From positions 34,162,001 through 34,226,000 of the forward strand of contig CM097888.1 in the NCBI GenBank assembly GCA_044892525.1: 64,000 bases of DNA, read 5' to 3'. Below are positions 1 to 12,700 of this stretch, piece after piece. The notes beneath the pieces were generated by a model. The model was not told the DNA's origin. It searched no databases and saw nothing but the letters and a program-made list of their open reading frames with translations. The DNA comes from Schmidtea polychroa (lineage: Eukaryota). Numbering within the stretch: position 1 is the first letter of the stretch; the number at the start of each line of letters is the position of its first letter. The position numbers were made by a program, and so were the translations under genes.

Positions 1-717
1 CTTAGCGGTTGAAGTAGCAATATCTAGCATTGGAATCTCCCAACTTACACTCTCATTTTCGATTAACAGTCTTTCTGATTCTTCATCCGGTTTCTGTATA
101 GGAACTATTTCTTCGACAATTTCAACAGTTTCACATTCAACTGTGCAGCAACTCAATTCAAACATCGACGACTCATCTATCACTTTCACTCCTACTGTCA
201 TTACACCGACTTCTACAGTTTCTATCATTTGATCTACTTGACTGTCTTCCATACTTATTGTATATTCACTTGAACATTCTACAATCACACTTCTGAATTC
301 TGATCCGACCTCGACTGCCTTAGAACCAACATGACTCCAACTTTCTTCAATTGATTTACATTCAAAACTGCTTTCACTATCAACTGTCTCACACATGAAC
401 TCAGTCATTGTTTCTTGGAATTTTCCTACAGCTTCATGACTTGTTAATGTATCAATGAATACAATATGCTTTTCTCCGAATGTTTCGCTTCCTACTTCAA
501 TCAATTTACTCTCTACACTACTACCGAAGTCAACTGTGTCTTTGAGTTTTTCGAAAGAAACTTCTGCAATTTCACTATCTTTCACTGATTCACTACTCAT
601 ATCTATAGCCTCTGCTTTATAGTCAGTTAACTTATTTGAAGCCTTTGTATCTTTTTCCAAGCTCGTATGTGTCAATTCGATTATTCCAGTTTCAGTTGCA
701 ATGTTTTCAGATTTGAT
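1..717 (-). CDS. Repeat exon U0 (partial, runs off window start)
   Basis: Acceptor AG at 719-718; 717 nt = 239 open codons, IKSENIATETGIIELTHTS...DIATSTAK. Confidence 0.8.
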   Translation of the reverse strand, partial: MKSENIATETGIIELTHTSLEKDTKASNKLTDYKAEAIDMSSESVKDSEIAEVSFEKLKDTVDFGSSVESKLIEVGSETFGEKHIVFIDTLTSHEAVGKFQETMTEFMCETVDSESSFECKSIEESWSHVGSKAVEVGSEFRSVIVECSSEYTISMEDSQVDQMIETVEVGVMTVGVKVIDESSMFELSCCTVECETVEIVEEIVPIQKPDEESERLLIENESVSWEIPMLDIATSTAK

Positions 718-3700
718 CTAAACACGAGAAAACATTTCTTAAAAATGTCCAAAATGTTTTGTAGTTTTTTTAAACGATAATTTATTATTATAAAATGTAA
801 TTAAAAGAAATGAATAAAAAATATGTTTAATGAAAATTTAATAAATATCATGATAAATGTATCAAACATTGCTTTAGTGCTATAAATTGTAGAAAAAAAT
901 TAATTTTATTTACCTCTATTTCACTGAAACATTCTTCCATTGTTGATTTCATTTCGTAGCCAGATTCCATGTTGTGAGTCTTTGTTTCTTCGAATTGTAT
1001 TTCAACGGTGCAATATTTAATGTCTTCATCTGATGATATGATGGTTGTTGAATAAACTGATTTTTCTGTTTCAAACATTTCGCTTTCATGCTTAATCTCT
1101 CGACACCATTCTCCACTATATTCAACATGCTCAATTACATTTTCTATGCTAATATCCTCTATTGTCGGCTTAGCGGTTGAAGTAGCAATATCTAGCATTG
1201 GAATCTCCCAACTTACACTCTCATTTTCGATTAACAGTCTTTCTGATTCTTCATCCGGTTTCTGTATAGGAACTATTTCTTCGACAATTTCAACAGTTTC
1301 ACATTCAACTGTGCAGCAACTCAATTCAAACATCGACAACTCATCTATCACTTTCACTCCTACTGTCATTACACCGACTTCTACAGTTTCTATCATTTGA
1401 TCTACTTGACTGTCTTCCATACTTATTGTATATTCACTTGAACATTCTACAATCACACTTCTGAATTCTGATCCGACCTCGACTGCCTTAGAACCAACAT
1501 GACTCCAACTTTCTTCAATTGATTTACATTCAAAACTGCTTTCACTATCAACTGTCTCACACATGAACTCAGTCATTGTTTCTTGGAATTTTCCTACAGC
1601 TTCATGACTTGTTAATGTATCAATGAATACAATATGCTTTTCTCCGAATGTTTCGCTTCCTACTTCAATCAATTTACTCTCTACACTACTACCGAAGTCA
1701 ACTGTGTCTTTGAGTTTTTCGAAAGAAACTTCTGCAATTTCACTATCTTTCACTGATTCACTACTCATATCTATAGCCTCTGCTTTATAGTCAGTTAACT
1801 TATTTGAAGCCTTTGTATCTTTTTCCAAGCTCGTATGTGTCAATTCGATTATTCCAGTTTCAGTTGCAATGTTTTCAGATTTGATCTAAACACGAGAAAA
1901 CATTTCTTAAAAATGTCCAAAATGTTTTGTAGATTTTTTAAACGATAATTTATTATTATAAAAAGTAATTAAAAGAAATGAATAAAAAATATGTTTAATG
2001 AAAATTTAATAAATATCATGATAAATGTATCAAACATTGCTTTAGTGCTATAAATTGTAGAAAAAAATTAATTTTATTTACCTCTATTTCACTGAAACAT
2101 TCTTCCATTGTTGATTTCATTTCGTAGCCAGATTCCATGTTGTGAGTCTTTGTTTCTTCGAATTGTATTTCAACGGTGCAATATTTAATGTCTTCATCTG
2201 ATGATATGATGGTTGTTGAATAAACTGATTTTTCTGTTTCAAACATTTCGCTTTCATGCTTATTCTCTCGACACCATTCTCCACTATATTCAACATGCTC
2301 AATTACATTTTCTATGCTAATATCCTCTATTGTCGGCTTAGCTGTTGAAGTAGCAATATCTAGCATTGGAATCTCCCAACTTACACTCTCATTTTCGATT
2401 AACAGTCTTTCTGATTCTTCATCCGGTTTCTGTATAGGAACTATTTCTTCGACAATTTCAACAGTTTCACATTCAACTGTGCAGCAACTCAATTCAAACA
2501 TCGACGACTCATCTATCACTTTCACTCCTACTGTCATTACACCGACTTCTACAGTTTCTATCATTTGATCTACTTGACTGTCTTCCATACTTATTGTATA
2601 TTCACTTGAACATTCTACAATCACACTTCTGAATTCTGATCCGACCTCGACTGCCTTAGAACCAACATGACTCCAACTTTCTTCAATTGATTTACATTCA
2701 AAACTGCTTTCACTATCAACTGTCTCACACATGAACTCAGTCATTGTTTCTTGGAATTTTCCTACAGCTTCATGACTTGTTAATGTATCAATGAATACAA
2801 TATGCTTTTCTCCGAATGTTTCGCTTCCTACTTCAATCAATTTACTCTCTACACTACTACCGAAGTCAACTGTGTCTTTGAGTTTTTCGAAAGAAACATC
2901 TGCAATTTCACTATCTTTCACTGATTCACTACTCATATCTATAGCCTCTGCTTTATAGTCAGTTAACTTATTTGAAGCCTTTGTATCTTTTTCCAAGCTC
3001 GTATGTGTCAATTCGATTATTCCAGTTTCAGTTGCAATGTTTTCAGATTTGATCTAAACACGAGAAAACATTTCTTAAAAATGTCCAAAATGTTTTGTAG
3101 TTTTTTTAAACGATAATTTATTATTATAAAAAGTAATTAAAAGAAATGAATAAAAAATATGTTTAATGAAAATTTAATAAATATCATGATAAATGTATCA
3201 AACATTGCTTTAGTGCTATAAATTGTAGAAAAAAATTAATTTTATTTACCTCTATTTCACTGAAACATTCTTCCATTGTTGATTTCATTTCGTAGCCAGA
3301 TTCCATGTTGTGAGTCTTTGTTTCTTCGAATTGTATTTCAACGGTGCAATATTTAATGTCTTCATCTGATGATATGATGGTTGTTGAATAAACTGATTTT
3401 TCTGTTTCAAACATTTCGCTTTCATGCTTAATCTCTCGACACCATTCTCCACTATATTCAACATGCTCAATTACATTTTCTATGCTAATATCCTCTATTG
3501 TCGGCTTAGCTGTTGAAGTAGCAATATCTAGCATTGGAATCTCCCAACTTACACTCTCATTATTGATTAACAGTCTTTCTGATTCTTCATCCGGTTTCTG
3601 TATAGGAACTATTTCTTCGACAATTTCAACAGTTTCACATTCAACTGTGCAGCAACTCAATTCAAACATCGACGACTCATCTATCACTTTCACTCCTACT

Positions 3701-6700
3701 GTCATTACATCGACTTCTACAGTTTCTATCATTTGATCTACTTGACTGTCTTCCATACTTATTGTATATTCACTTGAACATTCTACAATCACACTTCTGA
3801 ATTCTGATCCGACCTCGACTGCCTTAGAACCAACATGACTCCAACTTTCTTCAATTGATTTACATTCAAAACTGCTTTCACTATCAACTGTCTCACACAT
3901 GAACTCAGTCATTGTTTCTTGGAATTTTCCTACAGCTTCATGACTTGTTAATGTATCAATGAATACAATATGCTTTTCTCCGAATGTTTCGCTTCCTACT
4001 TCAATCAATTTACTCTCTACACTACTACCGAAGTCAACTGTGTCTTTGAGTTTTTCGAAAGAAACTTCTGCAATTTCACTATCTTTCACTGATTCACTAC
4101 TCATATCTATAGCCTCTGCTTTATAGTCAGTTAACTTATTTGAAGCCTTTGTATCTTTTTCCAAGCTCGTATGTGTCAATTCGATTATTCCAGTTTCAGT
4201 TGCAATGTTTTCAGATTTGATCTAAACACGAGAAAACATTTCTTAAAAATGTCCAAAATGTTTTGTAGTTTTTTTAAACGATAATTTATTATTATAAAAA
4301 GTAATTAAAAGAAATGAATAAAAAATATGTTTAATGAAAATTTAATAAATATCATGATAAATGTATCAAACATTGCTTTAGTGCTATAAATTGTAGAAAA
4401 AAATTAATTTTATTTACCTCTATTTCACTGAAACATTCTTCCATTGTTGATTTCATTTCGTAGCCAGATTCCATGTTGTGAGTCTTTGTTTCTTCGAATT
4501 GTATTTCAACGGTGCAATATTTAATGTCTTCATCTGATGATATGATGGTTGTTGAATAAACTGATTTTTCTGTTTCAAACATTTCGCTTTCATGCTTATT
4601 CTCTCGACACCATTCTCCACTATATTCAACATGCTCAATTACATTTTCTATGCTAATATCCTCTATTGTCGGCTTAGCTGTTGAAGTAGCAATATCTAGC
4701 ATTGGAATCTCCCAACTTACACTCTCATTTTCGATTAACAGTCTTTCTGATTCTTCATCCGGTTTCTGTATAGGAACTATTTCTTCGACAATTTCAACAG
4801 TTTCACATTCAACTGTGCAGCAACTCAATTCAAACATCGACGACTCATCTATCACTTTCACTCCTACTGTCATTACACCGACTTCTACAGTTTCTATCAT
4901 TTGATCTACTTGACTGTCTTCCATACTTATTGTATATTCACTTGAACATTCTACAATCACACTTCTGAATTCTGATCCGACCTCGACTGCCTTAGAACCA
5001 ACATGACTCCAACTTTCTTCAATTGATTTACATTCAAAACTGCTTTCACTATCAACTGTCTCACACATGAACTCAGTCATTGTTTCTTGGAATTTTCCTA
5101 CAGCTTCATGACTTGTTAATGTATCAATGAATACAATATGCTTTTCTCCGAATGTTTCGCTTCCTACTTCAATCAATTTACTCTCTACACTACTACCGAA
5201 GTCAACTGTGTCTTTGAGTTTTTCGAAAGAAACATCTGCAATTTCACTATCTTTCACTGATTCACTACTCATATCTATAGCCTCTGCTTTATAGTCAGTT
5301 AACTTATTTGAAGCCTTTGTATCTTTTTCCAAGCTCGTATGTGTCAATTCGATTATTCCAGTTTCAGTTGCAATGTTTTCAGATTTGATCTAAACACGAG
5401 AAAACATTTCTTAAAAATGTCCAAAATGTTTTGTAGTTTTTTTAAACGATAATTTATTATTATAAAAAGTAATTAAAAGAAATGAATAAAAAATATGTTT
5501 AATGAAAATTTAATAAATATCATGATAAATGTATCAAACATTGCTTTAGTGCTATAAATTGTAGAAAAAAATTAATTTTATTTACCTCTATTTCACTGAA
5601 ACATTCTTCCATTGTTGATTTCATTTCGTAGCCAGATTCCATGTTGTGAGTCTTTGTTTCTTCGAATTGTATTTCAACGGTGCAATATTTAATGTCTTCA
5701 TCTGATGATATGATGGTTGTTGAATAAACTGATTTTTCTGTTTCAAACATTTCGCTTTCATGCTTAATCTCTCGACACCATTCTCCACTATATTCAACAT
5801 GCTCAATTACATTTTCTATGCTAATATCCTCTATTGTCGGCTTAGCTGTTGAAGTAGCAATATCTAGCATTGGAATCTCCCAACTTACACTCTCATTATT
5901 GATTAACAGTCTTTCTGATTCTTCATCCGGTTTCTGTATAGGAACTATTTCTTCGACAATTTCAACAGTTTCACATTCAACTGTGCAGCAACTCAATTCA
6001 AACATCGACGACTCATCTATCACTTTCACTCCTACTGTCATTACATCGACTTCTACAGTTTCTATCATTTGATCTACTTGACTGTCTTCCATACTTATTG
6101 TATATTCACTTGAACATTCTACAATCACACTTCTGAATTCTGATCCGACCTCGACTGCCTTAGAACCAACATGACTCCAACTTTCTTCAATTGATTTACA
6201 TTCAAAACTGCTTTCACTATCAACTGTCTCACACATGAACTCAGTCATTGTTTCTTGGAATTTTCCTACAGCTTCATGACTTGTTAATGTATCAATGAAT
6301 ACAATATGCTTTTCTCCGAATGTTTCGCTTCCTACTTCAATCAATTTACTCTCTACACTACTACCGAAGTCAACTGTGTCTTTGAGTTTTTCGAAAGAAA
6401 CATCTGCAATTTCACTATCTTTCACTGATTCACTACTCATATCTATAGCCTCTGCTTTATAGTCAGTTAACTTATTTGAAGCCTTTGTATCTTTTTCCAA
6501 GCTCGTATGTGTCAATTCGATTATTCCAGTTTCAGTTGCAATGTTTTCAGATTTGATCTAAACAAGAGAAAACATTTCTTAAAAATGTCCAAAATGTTTT
6601 GTAGTTTTTTTAAACGATAATTTATTATTATAAAAAGTAATTAAAAGAAATGAATAAAAAATATGTTTAATGAAAATTTAATAAATATCATGATAAATGT

Positions 6701-9700
6701 ATCAAACATTGCTTTAGTGCTATAAATTGTAGAAAAAAATTAATTTTATTTACCTCTATTTCACTGAAACATTCTTCCATTGTTGATTTCATTTCGTAGC
6801 CAGATTCCATGTTGTGAGTCTTTGTTTCTTCGAATTGTATTTCAACGGTGCAATATTTAATGTCTTCATCTGATGATATGATGGTTGTTGAATAAACTGA
6901 TTTTTCTGTTTCAAACATTTCGCTTTCATGCTTAATCTCTCGACACCATTCTCCACTATATTCAACATGCTCAATTACATTTTCTATGCTAATATCCTCT
7001 ATTGTCGGCTTAGCTGTTGAAGTAGCAATATCTAGCATTGGAATCTCCCAACTTACACTCTCATTATTGATTAACAGTCTTTCTGATTCTTCATCCGGTT
7101 TCTGTAGAGGAACTATTTCTTCGACAATTTCAACAGTTTCACATTCAACTGTGCAGCAACTCAATTCAAACATCGACGACTCATCTATCACTTTCACTCC
7201 TACTGTCATTACATCGACTTCTACAGTTTCTATCATTTGATCTACTTGACTGTCTTCCATACTTATTGTATATTCACTTGAACATTCTACAATCACACTT
7301 CTGAATTCTGATCCGACCTCGACTGCCTTAGAACCAACATGACTCCAACTTTCTTCAATTGATTTACATTCAAAACTGCTTTCACTATCAACTGTCTCAC
7401 ACATGAACTCAGTCATTGTTTCTTGGAATTTTCCTACAGCTTCATGACTTGTTAATGTATCAATGAATACAATATGCTTTTCTCCGAATGTTTCGCTTCC
7501 TACTTCAATCAATTTACTCTCTACACTACTACCGAAGTCAACTGTGTCTTTGAGTTTTTCGAAAGAAACATCTGCAATTTCACTATCTTTCACTGATTCA
7601 CTACTCATATCTATAGCCTCTGCTTTATAGTCAGTTAACTTATTTGAAGCCTTTGTATCTTTTTCCAAGCTCGTATGTGTCAATTCGATTATTCCAGTTT
7701 CAGTTGCAATGTTTTCAGATTTGATCTAAACACGAGAAAACATTTCTTAAAAATGTCCAAAATGTTTTGTAGTTTTTTTAAACGATAATTTATTATTATA
7801 AAAAGTAATTAAAAGAAATGAATAAAAAATATGTTTAATGAAAATTTAATAAATATCATGATAAATGTATCAAACATTGCTTTAGTGCTATAAATTGTAG
7901 AAAAAAATTAATTTTATTTACCTCTATTTCACTGAAACATTCTTCCATTGTTGATTTCATTTCGTAGCCAGATTCCATGTTGCGAGTCTTTGTTTCTTCG
8001 AATTGTATTTCAACGGTGCAATATTTAATGTCTTCATCTGATGATATGATGGTTGTTGAATAAACTGATTTTTCTGTTTCAAACATTTCGCTTTCATGCT
8101 TAATCTCTCGACACCATTCTCCACTATATTCAACATGCTCAATTACATTTTCTATGCAAATATCCTCTATTGTCGGCTTAGCTGTTGAAGTAGCAATATC
8201 TAGCATTGGAATCTCCCAACTTACACTCTCATTTTCGATTAACAGTCTTTCTGATTCTTCATCCGGTTTCTGTATAGGAACTATTTCTTCGACAATTTCA
8301 ACAGTTTCACATTCAACTGTGCAGCAACTCAATTCAAACATCGACGACTCATCTATCACTTTCACTCCTACTGTCATTACACCGACTTCTACAGTTTCTA
8401 TCATTTGATCTACTTGACTGTCTTCCATACTTATTGTATATTCACTTGAACATTCTACAATCACACTTCTGAATTCTGATCCGACCTCGACTGCCTTAGG
8501 ACCAACATGACTCCAACTTTCTTCAATTGACTTACATTCAAAACTGCTTTCACTAACAACTGTCTCACACATGAACTCAGTCATTGTTTCTTGGAATTTT
8601 CCTACAGCTTCATGACTTGTTAATGTATCAATGAATACAATATGCTTTTCTCCGAATGTTTCGCTTCCTACTTCAATCAATTTACTCTCTACACTACTAC
8701 CGAAGTCAACTGTGTCTTTGAGTTTTTCGAAAGAAACATCTGCAATTTCACTATCTTTCACTGATTCACTACTCATATCTATAGCCTCTGCTTTATAGTC
8801 AGTTAACTTATTTGAAGCCTTTGTATCTTTTTCCAAGCTCGTATGTGTCAATTCGATTATTCCAGTTTCAGTTGCAATGTTTTCAGATTTGATCTAAACA
8901 CGAGAAAACATTTCTTAAAAATGTCCAAAATGTTTTGTAGTTTTTTTAAACGATAATTTATTATTATAAAAAGTAATTAAAAGAAATGAATAAAAAATAT
9001 GTTTAATGAAAATTTAATAAATATCATGATAAATGTATCAAATATTGCTTTAGTGCTATAAATTGTAGAAAAAAATTAATTTTATTTACCTCTATTTCAC
9101 TGAAACATTCTTCCATTGTTGATTTCATTTCGTAGCCAGATTCCATGTTGTGAGTCTTTGTTTCTTCGAATTGTATTTCAACGGTGCAATATTTAATGTC
9201 TTCATCTGATGATATGATGGTTGTTGAATAAACTGATTTTTCTGTTTCAAACATTTCGCTTTCATGCTTAATCTCTCGACACCATTCTCCACTATATTCA
9301 ACATGCTCAATTACATTTTCTATGCTAATATCCTCTATTGTCGGCTTAGCTGTTGAAGTAGCAATATCTAGCATTGGAATCTCCCAACTTACACTCTCAT
9401 TTTCGATTAACAGTCTTTCTGATTCTTCATCCGGTTTCTGTATAGGAACTATTTCTTCGACAATTTCAACAGTTTCACATTCAACTGTGCAGCAACTCAA
9501 TTCAAACATCGACGACTCATCTATCACTTTCACTCCTACTGTCATTACACCGACTTCTACAGTTTCTATCATTTGATCTACTTGACTGTCTTCCATACTT
9601 ATTGTATATTCACTTGAACATTCTACAATCACACTTCTGAATTCTGATCCGACCTCGACTGCCTTAGAACCAACATGACTCCAACTTTCTTCAATTGATT

Positions 9701-12700
9701 TACATTCAAAACTGCTTTCACTATCAACTGTCTCACACATGAACTCAGTCATTGTTTCTTGGAATTTTCCTACAGCTTCATGACTTGTTAATGTATCAAT
9801 GAATACAATATGCTTTTCTCCGAATGTTTCGCTTCCTACTTCAATCAATTTACTCTCTACACTACTACCGAAGTCAACTGTGTCTTTGAGTTTTTCGAAA
9901 GAAACATCTGCAATTTCACTATCTTTCACTGATTCACTACTCATATCTATAGCCTCTGCTTTATAGTCAGTTAACTTATTTGAAGCCTTTGTATCTTTTT
10001 CCAAGCTCGTATGTGTCAATTCGATTATTCCAGTTTCAGTTGCAATGTTTTCAGATTTGATCTAAACACGAGAAAACATTTCTTAAAAGTGTTCAAAATG
10101 TTTTGTATAAACGATAATTTGTTTAAACGATAATTTATCATTATAAAAAGTGATTTAAAGAAATGAATAAAAAATATGTTTAATGAAAATTTAATAAATA
10201 TCATGATAAATGAATCAAACATTGCTTTAGTGCTATAAATTGTAGGAAAAAAATTAATTTTATTTACCTCTATTTCACTGAAACATTCTTCCATTGTTGA
10301 TTTCATTTCGTAGCCAGATTCCATGTTGCGAGTCTTTGTTTCTTCGAATTGTATTTCAACTGTGCAATATTTAATGTCTTCATCTGATGATATGATGGTT
10401 GTTGAATAAACTGATTTTTCTGTTTCAAACATTTCGCTTTCATGCTTAATCTCTCGACACCATTCTCCACTATATTCAACATGCTCAATTACATTTTCTA
10501 TGCTAATATCCTCTATTGTCGGCTTAGCTGTTGAAGTAGCAATATCTAGCATTGGAATCTCCCAACTTACACTCTCATTTTCGATTAACAGTCTTTCTGA
10601 TTCTTCATCCGGTTTCTGTATAGGAACTATTTCTTCGACAATTTCAACAGTTTCACATTCAACTGTGCAGCAACTCAATTCAAACATCGACAACTCATCT
10701 ATCACTTTCACTCCTACTGTCATTACACCGACTTCTACAGTTTCTATCATTTGATCTACTTGACTGTCTTCCATACTTATTGTATATTCACTTGAACATT
10801 CTACAATCACACTTCTGAATTCTGATCCGACCTCGACTGCCTTAGAACCAACATGACTCCAACTTTCTTCAATTGACTTACATTCAAAACTGCTTTCACT
10901 ATCAACTGTCTCACACATGAACTCAGTCATTGTTTCTTGGAATTTTCCTACAGCTTCATGACTTGTTAATGTATCAATGAATACATTATGCTTTTCTCCG
11001 AATGTTTCGCTTCCTACTTCAATCAATTTACTCTCTACACTACTACCGAAGTCAACTGTGTCTTTGAGTTTTTCGAAAGAAACATCTGCAATTTCACTAT
11101 CTTTCACTGATTCACTACTCATATCTATAGCCTCTGCTTTATAGTCAGTTAACTTATTTGAAGCCTTTGTATCTTTTTCCAAGCTCGTATGTGTCAATTC
11201 GATTATTCCAGTTTCAGTTGCAATGTTTTCAGATTTGATCTAAACACGAGAAAACATTTCTTAAAAGTGTTCAAAATGTTTTGTAGATTTGTTTAAACGA
11301 TAATTTATCATTATAAAAAGTGATTTAAAGAAATGAATAAAAAATATGTTTAATGAAAATTTAATAAATATCATGATAAATGAATCAAACATTGCTTTAG
11401 TGCTATAAATTGTAGGAAAAAAATTAATTTTATTTACCTCTATTTCACTGAAACATTCTTCCATTGTTGATTTCATTTCGTAGCCAGATTCCATGTTGCG
11501 AGTCTTTGTTTCTTCGAATTGTATTTCAACTGTGCAATATTTAATGTCTTCATCTGATGATATGATGGTTGTTGAATAAACTGATTTTTCTGTTTCAAAC
11601 ATTTCGCTTTCATGCTTAATCTCTCGACACCATTCTCCACTATATTCAACATGCTCAATTACATTTTCTATGCTAATATCCTCTATTGTCGGCTTAGCTG
11701 TTGAAGTAGCAATATCTAGCATTGGAATCTCCCAACTTACACTCTCATTTTCGATTAACAGTCTTTCTGATTCTTCATCCGGTTTCTGTATAGGAACTAT
11801 TTCTTCGACAATTTCAACAGTTTCACATTCAACTGTGCAGCAACTCAATTCAAACATCGACGACTTATCTATCACTTTCACTCCTACTGTCATTACACCG
11901 ACTTCTACAGTTTCTATCATTTGATCTACTTGACTGTCTTCCATACTTATTGTATATTCACTTGAACATTCTACAATCACACTTCTGAATTCTGATCCGA
12001 CCTCGACTGCCTTAGAACCAACATGACTCAAGCTTTCTTCTATTGATATACATTCAAAACTGCTTTCACTATCAACTATCTCACACATGAACTCAGTCAT
12101 TGTTTCTTGGAATTTTCCTACAGCTTCATGACTTGTTAGAGTATCAATGAATACAATATCCTTTTCTCCGAATGTTTCGCTTCCTACTTCAATCAATTTA
12201 CTCTCTACACTACTACCGAAGTCAACTGTGTCTTTTACTTTTTCGAAAGAAACATCTACAATTTCACTATCTTTCACTGATTCACTACTCATATCTATAG
12301 CCTCTGCTTTATAGTCAGTTAACTTATTTGAAGCCTTTGTATCTTTTTCCAAGCTCGTATGTGTCAATTCGATTATTCCAGTTTCAGTTGCAATGTTTTC
12401 AGATTTGATCTAAACACGAGAAAACATTTCTTAAAAGTGTTCAAAATGTTTTGTAGATTTGTTTAAACGATAATTTATCATTATAAAAAGTGATTTAAAG
12501 AAATGAATAAAAAATATGTTTAATGAAAATTTAATAAATATCATGATAAATGAATCAAACATTGCTTTAGTGCTATAAATTGTAGGAAAAAAATTAATTT
12601 TATTTACCTCTATTTCACTGAAACATTCTTCCATTGTTGATTTCATTTCGTAGCCAGATTCCATGTTGCGAGTCTTTGTTTCTTCGAATTGTATTTCAAC

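Larger units (their letters stand above)
1..10061. repeat. Sub-family block A (1168-bp period, U0-U8)
   Basis: W113, mostly A37/H290, 196-nt introns. Confidence 0.9.

Noticed and set aside
836-855. Short palindromes in the intron (tatcatgata; atttaataaat)
   Set aside because: Ten to eleven bp in very AT-rich DNA; the first is broken in two B introns. Consistent with chance.
949-1134. Repeated 61-aa minus-strand ORF in an alternative frame (MSMLNIV...)
   Set aside because: Short out-of-frame overlap inside the exon, repeated only because the unit is repeated; no independent support.
1146-1400. Repeated 84-aa plus-strand ORF (MLISSIVG...)
   Set aside because: Antisense shadow of the exon; its ATG is lost in U44 (51421) with no other consequence, and its changes simply track the minus-strand variants.
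914-1885. Naming the protein titin/PEVK, mucin, KANK or giant ankyrin
   Set aside because: Only compositional or short-motif resemblance. Pro is too low for PEVK or PTS mucin, and no diagnostic domain is in the window, so no gene symbol was assigned.
914-1885. Ciliate-type genetic code host
   Set aside because: No in-frame TAA/TAG in exons and all five Gln codons are CAA/CAG. The standard code suffices; the organism cannot be identified from this window.
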